DNA from: an uncultured delta proteobacterium
Lineage (GTDB): Bacteria; Chloroflexota; Dehalococcoidia; Dehalococcoidales; BS750m-G39
Reading direction: 5' to 3'
Assembly (NCBI GenBank): GCA_963739245.1
Contig: CAVTZP010000005.1
Location: 153,314 to 217,313 of the forward strand
Length of the DNA: 64,000 bases
A program made the position numbers and the translations under genes. Of the stretch, positions 1 to 9,741 are shown one piece after another (the stretch's first letter is position 1; every line of letters starts with the position of its first letter). The notes under the pieces were generated by a model. The model saw only the letters and a program-made list of their open reading frames with translations. It did no database searches and was not told where the DNA came from.

Positions 1-540
1 ATAGATGTTGATACCGCTCCCCCCTCCTGGCTTCTGCCTGAGCCCGGGGAATACAAGGTAACCCTTGAGGTAAGCTCAGGCGAGATTAAGGGCGCTATCG
101 ACCTCACCGCAGTAGTAACTGCCAGATATGCCATGTCTCTAACCACACCCGATGGGCTTCTTAATACCAGGGCTACCGCCGGGAAGGATAACTACTTTTC
201 GGTAGTTGTAATCAATACGGGCTCAGCGGCCATTGACAGCATTACCTTCTCTTCGGAGAAACCAAGCGGGTGGACAGTTGAGCTCTCCCCGGAAAAGGTA
301 GATTCCCTGGCTGCTGGCGCTAGTAAGACGATAGATGTCAACATAAAGCCACCGTCTAAGACCATAGCCGGGGACTATGGATTCCTCCTTACTGCCAGCG
401 CCAAGCAGGGAACAACGAAGGATATCAATATCAGGGTGACGGTGGAGACACCCACTATCTGGGGGTGGGTTGGGGTTATAATTATACTCCTGGTTATTGT
501 CGGGGTAGGTTTTGTCTTTATGCGATTTAGCCGACGGTAA
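1..540 (+). CDS. Surface protein with NEW3/COG1470-like beta-rich repeat; C-terminal part only, the 5' end lies upstream of the window; C-terminal membrane anchor
   Basis: Frame 1 is open from base 1 (IDVDTAPPSW...) into ORF 133..540. A repeated module (...FSVVVINTGSAAIDSITFS...KPPSKTIAGDY...) resembles proteins that accompany ABC-2 exporters. The hydrophobic tail WGWVGVIIILLVIVGVGFVF is followed by RFSRR. Confidence 0.5.
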   Translation: MDVDTAPPSWLLPEPGEYKVTLEVSSGEIKGAIDLTAVVTARYAMSLTTPDGLLNTRATAGKDNYFSVVVINTGSAAIDSITFSSEKPSGWTVELSPEKVDSLAAGASKTIDVNIKPPSKTIAGDYGFLLTASAKQGTTKDINIRVTVETPTIWGWVGVIIILLVIVGVGFVFMRFSRR

Positions 541-544
541 GAAG

Positions 545-1489
545 ATGGGCAAAAAGATTGTCGTCGAGACCAAAGACCTGACCAAGAGGTATGACGGCGT
601 CACTGTGGTTGACCGCCTCAATCTCCGAATTGTTGAGAATGAGGTCTTTGGCTTACTTGGTCCCAACGGTGCCGGCAAGACCACCACTATCCTCATGCTG
701 CTGGGACTAACTGAGCCAGCGTCAGGCACTGCCAGTATCTTCGGATTTAATCCTACCCGGGAGCCGCTCCAGGTAAAACGCCTGATTGGCTATCTGCCGG
801 AAAATGTGGGATTTTATAACAATCTTAGCGCCAAGGAGAACCTGCAATTTATCGCTGAGCTTAATGATATAAGCCAGTCGGAAAGCGATAAGCGCGTTAG
901 CGAACTGCTTGAGCTAGTTGGTATTAAGGACGCCGCTGACTTGCCCGTAGGTAAGTTCTCGCGGGGAATGAGGCAGCGCTTGGGGATAGCTGATGTCTTG
1001 ATTAAAAAGCCAAAGGTTGTTTTTCTTGATGAACCAACTGCCGGGCTTGACCCGGAAGGGATTAACCAACTCCTTGACCTAATCGCCGGCTTGCCGCAAA
1101 AGGGAACCACGGTGGTCCTGTCTTCCCACCAGTTGCAGCAGGTACAGAAGATATGTCACAGGGTGGGAATAATGTCCAAAGGCGAGCTGGTTCTTGAAGG
1201 TTCGCTGGATGAGCTGACGAAGAAGGTAGCTCGCGGCGCTCGCTACTCTATTGAGGTCGAGACGGCTGTGCCCAGCCCGCAGGCAGTAAAGGTTATTAAG
1301 AAGGTGGCGGGAGTGGTTAAGGCGGAGGCGAAGGAAAACTTTCTAATCATCAGCGCTAGTGATGACCTGCGACCAGAGATAGCTAAAGTAATGGTGCAAA
1401 ATGGCTTTCCCCTAGTTAATATGACAATTCATGGTTTTACCCTGGACGATGTCTACATGAAGTATTTCAAAGAGGACCAGAGCAAATGA
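545..1489 (+). CDS. ABC transporter ATP-binding protein (ABC-2/DrrA-like)
   Basis: Walker A GPNGAGKTT, signature FSRGMRQRLG, Walker B VVFLDEPTAGLD and H-loop SSHQL. The ATG at 545 (MGKKIVVE) is preferred over the upstream alternative start of ORF 512. Confidence 0.9.
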   Translation: MGKKIVVETKDLTKRYDGVTVVDRLNLRIVENEVFGLLGPNGAGKTTTILMLLGLTEPASGTASIFGFNPTREPLQVKRLIGYLPENVGFYNNLSAKENLQFIAELNDISQSESDKRVSELLELVGIKDAADLPVGKFSRGMRQRLGIADVLIKKPKVVFLDEPTAGLDPEGINQLLDLIAGLPQKGTTVVLSSHQLQQVQKICHRVGIMSKGELVLEGSLDELTKKVARGARYSIEVETAVPSPQAVKVIKKVAGVVKAEAKENFLIISASDDLRPEIAKVMVQNGFPLVNMTIHGFTLDDVYMKYFKEDQSK

Positions 1490-2370
1490 AAGCAGTATTT
1501 CGGAAGGAAATGGCGGATTTTTTTGGCAGTATAAGGTGCTTTATACTGTTTCTTCTGGTAATTTTTATTAGCGCGGTAGCCCTCTTTGCTGCCTATAAGG
1601 GAATGCGGGGTAGCGGCGGCGAAGGGTTCGTCTTTCTAAGGCTTTTTACCGCCCAAATACCAAATTTCCCATTTGCTTTTCTGCTTAGTTTTCTCAACTT
1701 TAATGCCCTATTTTTCATCCCGATAATCGGCATCACCCTGGGTTTTGATGCCATAAATAGTGAGCACTCAGGCCGGACTTTAAGCCGAATCCTGTCTCAG
1801 CCAGTCTTCAGGGATAGCGTTGTCAATGGCAAATTCCTGGCTAGCACCACTGCTCTATCAATGATGGTGGCAGTTGGCATACTCCTGGTTTCAGGATTTG
1901 GTCTGAGGATGATTGGTGTCCCACCGAGTTCGGAAGAGATTATCCGGCTTTTCCTCTATCTTGTTCTGGCTACTATCTATGGAGCCTTCTGGGTAGGCTT
2001 GGCTATGCTTTTCTCTATCTTATTCCGCGGTATAGCCACCTCTCTGCTAGCATCGCTGGCTCTTTGGATATTCTTCAGCTTTGGAATGTTTATCATCGCT
2101 CTAACCGTACCACAGGGAGTAGCTGTAGGGCTGCTGCAGTTTTCCCCAAGCTGGCTGTGTGCGTTGGCGTCTACGGTACTAATCCAGCCTCAACTGGGAG
2201 CGGGTATCGTGCTCGAAATGATAGGTAGTACAATAAAACCTAACGCGCTTTCTTTAGGCCAGAGCTTGCTTATGGTTTGGCCCCACCTCACGGTATTGAT
2301 TAGTCTAACCGCGGTTTGCTTCGCCATAAGCTATGTGGTCTTTATGAGGCAGGAGATAAGAACCACATAA
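1486..2370 (+). CDS. ABC-2 type transporter permease
   Basis: Multi-span hydrophobic protein. Its start overlaps the ATPase stop (ATGA). Confidence 0.75.
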   Translation: MKAVFRKEMADFFGSIRCFILFLLVIFISAVALFAAYKGMRGSGGEGFVFLRLFTAQIPNFPFAFLLSFLNFNALFFIPIIGITLGFDAINSEHSGRTLSRILSQPVFRDSVVNGKFLASTTALSMMVAVGILLVSGFGLRMIGVPPSSEEIIRLFLYLVLATIYGAFWVGLAMLFSILFRGIATSLLASLALWIFFSFGMFIIALTVPQGVAVGLLQFSPSWLCALASTVLIQPQLGAGIVLEMIGSTIKPNALSLGQSLLMVWPHLTVLISLTAVCFAISYVVFMRQEIRTT

Positions 2371-2374
2371 AAAA

Positions 2375-4438
2375 TTAGCCTTCCTTTTCCGCCTGCCTCT
2401 CAGCAATAATCTTCTGGACGACGTGAGATGGCACCTCTTCGTAGTGGCTAAACGTTGCCTTATAGGTGCCCCGGCCTTGGGTTATTGATTTCAGGTCTAT
2501 GGCATAGCGCAGAATCTCAGCCAGCGGCACCTGAGCCTCAATAACATTGAACCCCTCCCCCGGGCTCATCCCTTGCACCCGCGCCCGTTTGGTGTTCAGG
2601 TCGCCAATAATATCACCGGTAAAGTCCTCAGGGATGGTAACCTTGATATGCATTATTGGCTCAATTAAGACTGGTTGCCCCTGGGATAGCCCTTTCTTAA
2701 ACGCCCCCGCCCCGGCAATCTTAAAGCATATTTCCGAGGAATCAACCGGGTGAAAACTGCCATCATAGACTGTTGCCCTTATGTCCGTAACCGGGTAACG
2801 AGCCAGAACCCCTTCCTTAATCGCCTCATTAACCCCCTTTTCCACCGCTGGGATGTAGTTCCTCGGTATGGAACCGCCTACCACCCGGGCAACAAACTCA
2901 TGACCGCTGCCGCGGGGTAAAGGCTCAAGCTCAAGCAGGACATGCCCGTATTGGCCGTGTCCTCCCGTCTGTTTCCGGTGCTTATACTCAGCTTTGGTTG
3001 GTGTGGTGATCGTCTCCTTATATGGAACCTTGGGCGTCTCCAGCTTCACGCCGACGCCGAACTTGCGCATCATCTTTTCGGCTACCACCTCAAGCTGGGA
3101 CTCGCCAATCCCGGAGAGGATTATCTCATTGGTATCAGCATCATGGTGCACCTGAAGGGTGGGGTCTTCCTCAGCCAATCTGGATAGCGCCATTCCTAGC
3201 TTATCTACATCTGTCTTGGTTATAGGGTGCACCGCCAGGTTAAAAGCCGGCTCGGGGAACTCTATCGGGGCAATCTTCACCGGCTTATCCTGACTGGATA
3301 ATGTATCCCCGGTGCTGGTCGTGGTCAGCTTGGCTACCGCCCCAATGTCTCCGGCTCCAAGTTGAGGTGTTGGCTCCTGGTTTTTGCCCCTGAGTATAAA
3401 TAGCTGGCCGATGCGCTCAGCACCACCCCGGCTGGCATTCCACACCTGGGAATTGCTCTTAATGGCGCCGGTGTAAACACGGAAGTAGGTGAGTTTACCA
3501 ACATACGGGTCAGCACTGGTCTTAAACACCAGAGCCGCAAGCGGACCATCCTCAGTTGGCTGAATCCTCTCTTGTTTGGCGGAATCACCAACAATTACCA
3601 CCTCTCGCTCTTTAGCCGATGGTAGATAACTACTTATGGCGTCCAGGAGCAGGGGAAGACCTATGTTCTTCATTGCCGAGCCGACTAAAATGGGCATAAT
3701 CCTGCCGCTCAGTACTGCCTTTCGTAAACCACCGCCCAATTCCTCCGGGCTGAGTTGCTCGCCCCCTAGATACTTCTCTATAAGCTGGTCATCAACCTCA
3801 GCCACCGCCTCTATCAGTTTTTCATGAAAAGAATCGGCTTTGGTCTGAAGTGAGGCGGGAAGCTCCGCCTCCTTTGCCTCAGAGCCGGTGTAGCCTTTCA
3901 TTGTCAGCAGGTCAACCGTTCCTTCAAAGCTATCCTGGGCACCTATCGGCAACTGCAGCGGCAGGCATCTTGAGCCAAACTTGGACTGAAGCTGGTCCAC
4001 CGTCCGATAGAAGTCGGCATTCTCCCTGTCCATCTTGTTAATAAAGATAAGCCGGGGCAGCTTAGCCTCCTCGCAATATGACCACGCCCGCTCCGTGCCA
4101 ACCTCAACCCCGGAGGCGGCGCAGACGACAATTACTGCCCCTTCAACCACCCGTATTGCCGCCTTGACCTCGCCGGCAAAGTCAGAATAACCAGGGGTAT
4201 CAATCAGATTAATCTTTACCCCCTTCCACTGGCAGGGTAGTATAGAGAGGTTTATACTAATCTGGCGCTTTATCTCATCAGGGTCATAATCTGAGGTAGT
4301 AGTCCCCTCGGCAACCTTGCCCAGCCGGGTAATGGCTCCGGCAGTAAACAATATTGCTTCTGAGGCTGAGGTCTTGCCAGCGCCACTGTGAGATAATAAA
4401 ATTACGTTTCTAATATTCTCTAATCCAAATTGTTGCAT
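2375..4438 (-). CDS. Elongation factor G family GTPase (stand-alone EF-G paralogue, not in an rpsL-rpsG context)
   Basis: 687 aa. G1 HSGAGKTS, DTPGYSDF and NKMD motifs, with EF-G domains II-V recognisable through to the C-terminus. Confidence 0.9.
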   Translation of the reverse strand: MQQFGLENIRNVILLSHSGAGKTSASEAILFTAGAITRLGKVAEGTTTSDYDPDEIKRQISINLSILPCQWKGVKINLIDTPGYSDFAGEVKAAIRVVEGAVIVVCAASGVEVGTERAWSYCEEAKLPRLIFINKMDRENADFYRTVDQLQSKFGSRCLPLQLPIGAQDSFEGTVDLLTMKGYTGSEAKEAELPASLQTKADSFHEKLIEAVAEVDDQLIEKYLGGEQLSPEELGGGLRKAVLSGRIMPILVGSAMKNIGLPLLLDAISSYLPSAKEREVVIVGDSAKQERIQPTEDGPLAALVFKTSADPYVGKLTYFRVYTGAIKSNSQVWNASRGGAERIGQLFILRGKNQEPTPQLGAGDIGAVAKLTTTSTGDTLSSQDKPVKIAPIEFPEPAFNLAVHPITKTDVDKLGMALSRLAEEDPTLQVHHDADTNEIILSGIGESQLEVVAEKMMRKFGVGVKLETPKVPYKETITTPTKAEYKHRKQTGGHGQYGHVLLELEPLPRGSGHEFVARVVGGSIPRNYIPAVEKGVNEAIKEGVLARYPVTDIRATVYDGSFHPVDSSEICFKIAGAGAFKKGLSQGQPVLIEPIMHIKVTIPEDFTGDIIGDLNTKRARVQGMSPGEGFNVIEAQVPLAEILRYAIDLKSITQGRGTYKATFSHYEEVPSHVVQKIIAERQAEKEG

Positions 4439-4544
4439 CTAATTACCTTTGTCCCCGCTTCTCCTCTCTAGTTTATTCCACGATGGTATTATACTCGTGG
4501 TTGGTTGACGGGGCAAGTTTTGCCAAGATTAGACCATAGTCTGA

Positions 4545-5093
4545 TTAGCGGAGTAATAATGGTGTGATATAGGTCTCAATGATGGCTGCTGGTAGGAGTA
4601 AAGCCAGGGCTATCCACAAATACTTCAGGTTCTGCCTCAGGATGGAGGGTAGCAGACTTCTCCTCTCCTTTTTGAACAGGGCTATTATCACCATGGCACC
4701 GAAGCTGAGAGCCGCTGCCTCGCCGATGAATAGAGCCGGGAGCTCAATAATGCCGTGAGGGAGCAAGCCGGCTAAGACAAAACCAAGGGATTTCTCCTTA
4801 GCTACGATGCTTGATACCAAGGTCAGGAGCCAGCCATTAACCGATAAGGTCAGAATCGGCACCAGACAAAGAATTGGGCTTAGGACGAAGCTAAACAGCA
4901 AGACTGTGACGTTCTTAATGAAGATAAAGATAACGGTAGACACCTTAAATGGACCCAGGATGCTGCTGAATTCTTCAATGCTGACAAGCTGTTTAGAAAT
5001 TAGGCTAGTGATGTTCGCCGGGGTAACCAAACCAGCGACAATACCAATAATAAATAAGCCGATAGCAATAAAAAGCCACCATCTATAGCTCAT
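4545..5093 (-). CDS. SpoIIM/DUF95-like integral membrane protein
   Basis: Multi-span membrane protein with the LPHGIIELPALFIGEAAAL motif typical of the stage II sporulation protein M family. Confidence 0.65.
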   Translation of the reverse strand: MSYRWWLFIAIGLFIIGIVAGLVTPANITSLISKQLVSIEEFSSILGPFKVSTVIFIFIKNVTVLLFSFVLSPILCLVPILTLSVNGWLLTLVSSIVAKEKSLGFVLAGLLPHGIIELPALFIGEAAALSFGAMVIIALFKKERRSLLPSILRQNLKYLWIALALLLPAAIIETYITPLLLR

Positions 5094-5099
5094 CGTGCA

Positions 5100-5669
5100 C
5101 TATCCAAGACCAAATTTATCATAGAAAACAATCTCAGATAGCTCTTTCCTTGGTCTTACCGACGGCTCCTCGTCGGGGTAGCCTAAGGGCGTCAAAGCAA
5201 CGACACAAAATCCCTCCGGCACCCCAAGAATGCTAGCCACTTTTCTAGCGTCAAAAGCGCCAATAGGTACCGTGCCCAGACCCAGCGAATGGGCAGCCAG
5301 TATCAGGTTCTGCATCGCCAGCGCCACATCGAACATATACCAATCTCCCTTGTCGGTAACCGGCTTTCTCGGCTCTTTAACAGAATACCCCGACTTCCTC
5401 AGCTCAGCGCAGACGACAATCGCCACCGGAGCGTTCCTGATAGCCTCGGCAGCCGGATTAGGTCTGTCCGATGCAGTAGTTAACACCTCAGCGAGTTTAT
5501 CCTTTATCTTACTATCCCGCACCACAATAAATCGCCAGCACTGGGTATTAGCCCAGGATGGCGCCCAGCGGGCAGCCTCCGAGACAGTTTCAATAGTTCT
5601 GTCATCTACTGGGGTAGGCTTATACTTACGAATGCTCCTCCTGGTTTTGATTGCTTCCAGAACCTCCAT
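5100..5669 (-). CDS. Nitroreductase family protein
   Basis: AIKTRRSIRKY N-terminus, ...APSWANTQCWRF... and a length of about 190 aa. Confidence 0.85.
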   Translation of the reverse strand: MEVLEAIKTRRSIRKYKPTPVDDRTIETVSEAARWAPSWANTQCWRFIVVRDSKIKDKLAEVLTTASDRPNPAAEAIRNAPVAIVVCAELRKSGYSVKEPRKPVTDKGDWYMFDVALAMQNLILAAHSLGLGTVPIGAFDARKVASILGVPEGFCVVALTPLGYPDEEPSVRPRKELSEIVFYDKFGLG

Positions 5670-5687
5670 TAATCCTCCTTTAGACTT

Positions 5688-6335
5688 TTATTCCTCTTCC
5701 CAGGCACCCTTACCAATAAGGGAGACAAAGCGGCAGCCACCTAAATTCTCAATCTTATTCCTATTCCTGCCTCGGGTAATTTTATATAGCTCCTGGAGGT
5801 AGCGGGAGCCGACCGGGATTACCAATCGCCCGCTAATCCGCAACTGGGCCAATAGGTCAGGCGGTACCCTGGGGGCAGCAGCGGTAACCATTATCGCGTC
5901 ATAAGGAGCTCCCCTCTGCCAGCCCAGCGCCTCCTCGGTCACATGCACCTCAATATTGGTAAATCCCAGACTGTCCAGCACCTTCTTGGCTGCCTCAGCC
6001 AGGGGCTTTATACGCTCTGTGGTAACGACATGCCGGGTTAGCTTGGCTAGAATGGCTGCCTGATATCCGCTACCAGTGCCTACTTCCAGAACCTGCTCAT
6101 CGCCTTTAAGCGCCAGAGCCTCGGTCATAAGGGCAATGATAAAAGGCTGAGAAATCGTCTGGTCATAGCCTATAGGAAGGGGTCTATCTTCATAGGCTAG
6201 GTGCCGCCTTTCCCGGGGGACAAAAAGTTCCCTCGGGATACTGCGCATTACCTCCAATACCCGCTTGTCTTTAATCTCGGTGCTTAGTTGGTCAATCAAT
6301 TCAGCTCTGGCAGCATCAAAATCCATAGTCGGCAC
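5688..6335 (-). CDS. pcm: Protein-L-isoaspartate O-methyltransferase
   Basis: TISQPFIIALMTEAL and SAM motif VLEVGTGSGYQAAILA. Confidence 0.9.
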   Translation of the reverse strand: MPTMDFDAARAELIDQLSTEIKDKRVLEVMRSIPRELFVPRERRHLAYEDRPLPIGYDQTISQPFIIALMTEALALKGDEQVLEVGTGSGYQAAILAKLTRHVVTTERIKPLAEAAKKVLDSLGFTNIEVHVTEEALGWQRGAPYDAIMVTAAAPRVPPDLLAQLRISGRLVIPVGSRYLQELYKITRGRNRNKIENLGGCRFVSLIGKGAWEEE

Positions 6336-6351
6336 CGCTGGGATAGTAGGG

Positions 6352-6651
6352 CTAATGGAGAACCAAGGTTAGCACCACAAGAATAACCAGTATTATCCCG
6401 AAAAGAATACCAATTCTCCGTAGTTCAGCAGCTACATAGGGAGGCTGAGCTAAGGTAATCGCAGGCTGTGGGGTTGGTGCCTTTGCCACGGGAACAATCC
6501 TCTCAGCTCGAGGCGTGGGCTCATAAGTCTGAGCTGCTGCCGATGGCTGAGGAGCTACTGCCGATGGCTGAGCCGGGACGAAGCCTTGTCTGAATTTTCT
6601 CCTCTTACTCCGGGACATATGCTGGCCGTGATGGCGTGATTTGCGTGACAT
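6352..6651 (-). CDS. Hypothetical tail-anchored membrane protein with a basic N-terminus and a Pro/Ala-rich linker
   Basis: The ORF has one C-terminal TM segment (ILFGIILVILVVLTLVL). No recognised domain. Confidence 0.45.
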   Translation of the reverse strand: MSRKSRHHGQHMSRSKRRKFRQGFVPAQPSAVAPQPSAAAQTYEPTPRAERIVPVAKAPTPQPAITLAQPPYVAAELRRIGILFGIILVILVVLTLVLH

Positions 6652-6662
6652 TTAAAAACCTC

Positions 6663-7571
6663 CTACTTAGCCCGTGGGTGAGATCTCTCATAAGCGAGCC
6701 GAATATGGTCAGTGGTGAGATGGGTGTAAATCTGGGTGGTTGAGATGTTGGCATGACCCAAAAGTTCTTGAACCGAGCGCAGGTCAGCCCCTCCACTCAA
6801 CATATGGGTAGCAAAGCTGTGCCTTAGGGTATGGGGGGTAACCCGAGCCTCCAGGCCAGCTTCCTTGGCATAGCCCTTCAATATCTGCCAGAGTCCCTGC
6901 CTGGTCAGTCTCTCGCCACGGCGATTGAGGAACAAAGCCTTTTCCTCGCTGCTGCGTACCAGATGAGGGCGCGCTTCGGTTAAATAATCCTTTAATACCA
7001 GAACCGCACGAGGAGCAATAGGGATAATCCGCTCTTTATGCCCCTTGCCGAAGCAACGTACGTAGCCATCATCAATATTTATGTCAGTCAAGTTTAAAGA
7101 CACTAGCTCGCTTACTCTCATGCCACTGGCGTATAATAGATGCAGCATCGCACTATCTCTCTTGGCTTCCGGCGTTGACCGCTTGGCTGGTTGTTCTAGC
7201 AAAAGGCGGGCCTGAGCGATTGAGATTGGTCTGGGCAGTGACTTTCCCACCTTAGGTGACGGCACATCCCGCGTCGGGTTATCCCGCAAAATGCCCTCAG
7301 CCACCAAAAAGCCATAGAAGGACTTGATCGCAGCTATCTTGCGGGCGACGGTGGTGGCAGCATATCTTCTCTCCTTAAGCTCAAGGAGGTAGCGCAGCAT
7401 GGAGTCGCGGTCAAAAGCTGCCCAAGGGGGGATAGTGCCCCGCCTTGCCGCCTCCTTCTCAACAAAGCTAGCCAGTTGATGCAGGTCGTTCTGATAGGCA
7501 AGCTTGGTGTTCTCGGAAAAGCCCTTTTCCACAACCAGATAGTTTAAAAATTTGTCAATAACTTCTTTCAC
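6663..7571 (-). CDS. Tyrosine recombinase, XerC/XerD type
   Basis: N-terminal SAM-like domain (FLNYLVVEKGFSENTKLAYQNDL). Catalytic ASGMRVSEL, HTLRHSFATH and LGHANISTTQIYTH. GTG start. Confidence 0.9.
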   Translation of the reverse strand: MKEVIDKFLNYLVVEKGFSENTKLAYQNDLHQLASFVEKEAARRGTIPPWAAFDRDSMLRYLLELKERRYAATTVARKIAAIKSFYGFLVAEGILRDNPTRDVPSPKVGKSLPRPISIAQARLLLEQPAKRSTPEAKRDSAMLHLLYASGMRVSELVSLNLTDINIDDGYVRCFGKGHKERIIPIAPRAVLVLKDYLTEARPHLVRSSEEKALFLNRRGERLTRQGLWQILKGYAKEAGLEARVTPHTLRHSFATHMLSGGADLRSVQELLGHANISTTQIYTHLTTDHIRLAYERSHPRAK

Positions 7572-7654
7572 CGCTCTCCCTCACTGCCAAATAGTCTTTA
7601 TGTATTTTAACATAACTAGAAAGAAAATTCAGCCCCCAGTAGTGGTTCTTTAGT

Positions 7655-7863
7655 AACCTCACCCCCTTAATCCCCCTCTCCTTAGAAAGGAGAGGGGGAA
7701 GGAGAAGAAAGAGGGACTAGCGCCCCTCTTAGACGCCCCGTTAAGTCAGGCTCTTTCAAAGGGGGAGAATAAAAGAGAGGGGGGCTTCGCCCCTCTTTCT
7801 ATTTAATTCCCCCTTCCCCTCTAGGGGAAGGGGGTAAGGGGGATAGGGTTAGCAAATAATCTC
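7655..7863. repeat. Composite GC-rich hairpin element, copy A (both TIR-like ends plus four hairpins)
   Basis: AACCTCACCCCC at 7655-7666. Hairpins CCCCCTCTCCTT/AAGGAGAGGGGG at 7672-7698, AAGAGGG/CCCTCTT at 7709-7730, an imperfect one at 7772-7798, and CCCCCTTCCCCT/AGGGGAAGGGGG at 7809-7834. Tail GGGGGATAGGGTTAGCAAATAATCTC ends at 7863. Confidence 0.8.
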
Positions 7864-7910
7864 AAATAGGCATTTTGTCCTCTCTATGAGCTATGGTAAA
7901 ATAAATTTGT

Positions 7911-9725
7911 ATGGCACAAACCTATTTAACCGAGCAACTAAGAGGACTACCAGCCAGCCCTGGCGTTTACCTGATGAAGGATGCCGAGGACAATATTCTG
8001 TATGTTGGCAAGGCGGCTAATCTCCGCCACCGCGTCGGCTCATACTTTGGTGCCGGGCAAAAGCTAACGCCAAAGCTGCAGCGGATGGTAAGCGAGGTTA
8101 ATGACCTTGACTACTTCGTTACTGGTTCGGAACAGGAGGCTCTTATCCTTGAGCTAAACCTGATAAAGAGGTACCATCCCCGTTACAATGTTCGGCTTAA
8201 GGATGATAAGACCTTCCCCTACCTCAAGATAAACCTGGGTGAGGACTGGCCCAGGGTTTTTGTCACCCGGCGCCTGGAGGCGGATGGGGGGCGTTACTTT
8301 GGTCCCTTTGCCAGCGCCAAATCAGTGCGCCAGACGCTGAAGCTAATAAAAGGAATTTTCCCCTTCCGCTCCTGTTCCAGAACTATCACCGGCACCGACC
8401 CCCGCCCTTGCCTTGAGTACCATATCGGGCATTGCCTTGCTCCCTGCATTGGCGTGGTGAGCCGGGAGGAATATGCCGCGGTAATAAAACAGGTAATCCT
8501 CTTCCTTGAAGGGAGGCAGGAGAGGGTGGTGCGGGAGCTTGAGAGCAAGATGAATAAGGCGGCTGAGGCTCTGGACTTTGAAACGGCGACCAGGCTCAGA
8601 GACCAGCTCCAGGCGGTTAAGGAGGTGGTTGAAGGGCAAAGAATCGCCACTACGGTGAAGGGGGAGCAGGATGTTATCGCCTTTGCCCAGGACAAAGACC
8701 AGGCTTATGTCCAGGTCTTCTTTATCCGTGGTGGTAAGCTAATTGGTCGGGAGAGCTTTTTGTTGCAGGGGACCCGATATGAAGAGCCGAGCCAAATCAT
8801 GACCAGTTTTATCAAGCAGTTTTACGATTCCAGCCCCTATATCCCACCGCTACTACTGCTCCAGCATCCGGTGGAGGATATGGCTACAATCCAGAGCTGG
8901 CTTCAAAGTAAAAGGGGAAAAAGAGTTAATATTCAAGTGCCGCGCCGGGGAAATAAAAAACAACTGCTGAACATTGTTGCTGAAAACGCTGAGCAGGGCT
9001 TGGAGCAACTGAAGATTAAGCAGCTCGCCTCGCCGACAGCACTGTCAGCAGCGCTGGACGAAATAAAAAGGGAACTTGCCCTGCCCCGATTGCCCGCCCG
9101 TATGGAGGGCTACGACATCTCCGATATCCAGGGGATGGCAGCGGTAGGCAGTATGGTGGTCTTTGATAAAGGAAAGCCAAAGCCGGCTCACTACCGGCGG
9201 TTCAAAATCAAAACAGTATCTGCCGCCAACGATTATGCCATGCTTCAGGAGGTGCTCCGGCGACGGTTCAGGAGGGCTAGTGGTGCCTCAGATACCTGGG
9301 CAATCCTGCCTGACCTCGTCCTCATTGATGGCGGCAGGGGGCAGCTTAACACCGCCCGGGAAGCAATAGATGAAGCGGGGGCTGGCCCTGTGCCTGTTGC
9401 CAGCTTAGCCAAGGAAAATGAGGAGATTTTTATTCCCCAAAAGTCAGAGCCTATCATTCTACCCCGCTCTTCCCCTGGCCTCCAATTACTTCAGCGCCTC
9501 AGGGATGAGGCGCACCGCTTTGCCCTGGGCTATCACCAGAGCATGCGTAAGCGGGAGACCTTTGCCTCGGTCCTGGACAGTGTCCCCGGCGTTGGACCGA
9601 AACGCAAGCGAGCGCTATTGCGCCACTTCGGCTCAGTTACCGCTATAAAGGGGGCTAGCGTTGAGGAGCTAACCACCGCCGGCGTAACCAAGAGCCTGGC
9701 CAAGAAGATAAAGGAGTATCTATAA
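7911..9725 (+). CDS. uvrC: Excinuclease ABC subunit C
   Basis: GIY-YIG N-terminus (PGVYLMKDAEDNILYVGKAANLRHR), UVR domain, Endo V-like domain and C-terminal (HhH)2. Confidence 0.95.
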   Translation: MAQTYLTEQLRGLPASPGVYLMKDAEDNILYVGKAANLRHRVGSYFGAGQKLTPKLQRMVSEVNDLDYFVTGSEQEALILELNLIKRYHPRYNVRLKDDKTFPYLKINLGEDWPRVFVTRRLEADGGRYFGPFASAKSVRQTLKLIKGIFPFRSCSRTITGTDPRPCLEYHIGHCLAPCIGVVSREEYAAVIKQVILFLEGRQERVVRELESKMNKAAEALDFETATRLRDQLQAVKEVVEGQRIATTVKGEQDVIAFAQDKDQAYVQVFFIRGGKLIGRESFLLQGTRYEEPSQIMTSFIKQFYDSSPYIPPLLLLQHPVEDMATIQSWLQSKRGKRVNIQVPRRGNKKQLLNIVAENAEQGLEQLKIKQLASPTALSAALDEIKRELALPRLPARMEGYDISDIQGMAAVGSMVVFDKGKPKPAHYRRFKIKTVSAANDYAMLQEVLRRRFRRASGASDTWAILPDLVLIDGGRGQLNTAREAIDEAGAGPVPVASLAKENEEIFIPQKSEPIILPRSSPGLQLLQRLRDEAHRFALGYHQSMRKRETFASVLDSVPGVGPKRKRALLRHFGSVTAIKGASVEELTTAGVTKSLAKKIKEYL

Positions 9726-9741
9726 TTTACCCGGAGGAGAG

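Noticed and set aside
7655-7863. Could the clustered GC-rich repeats be CRISPR arrays?
   Set aside because: The units are inverted (hairpins), not evenly spaced direct repeats. Module order and spacing differ at every locus, there are no spacer-like unique segments of uniform length, and no cas genes are present in the window.
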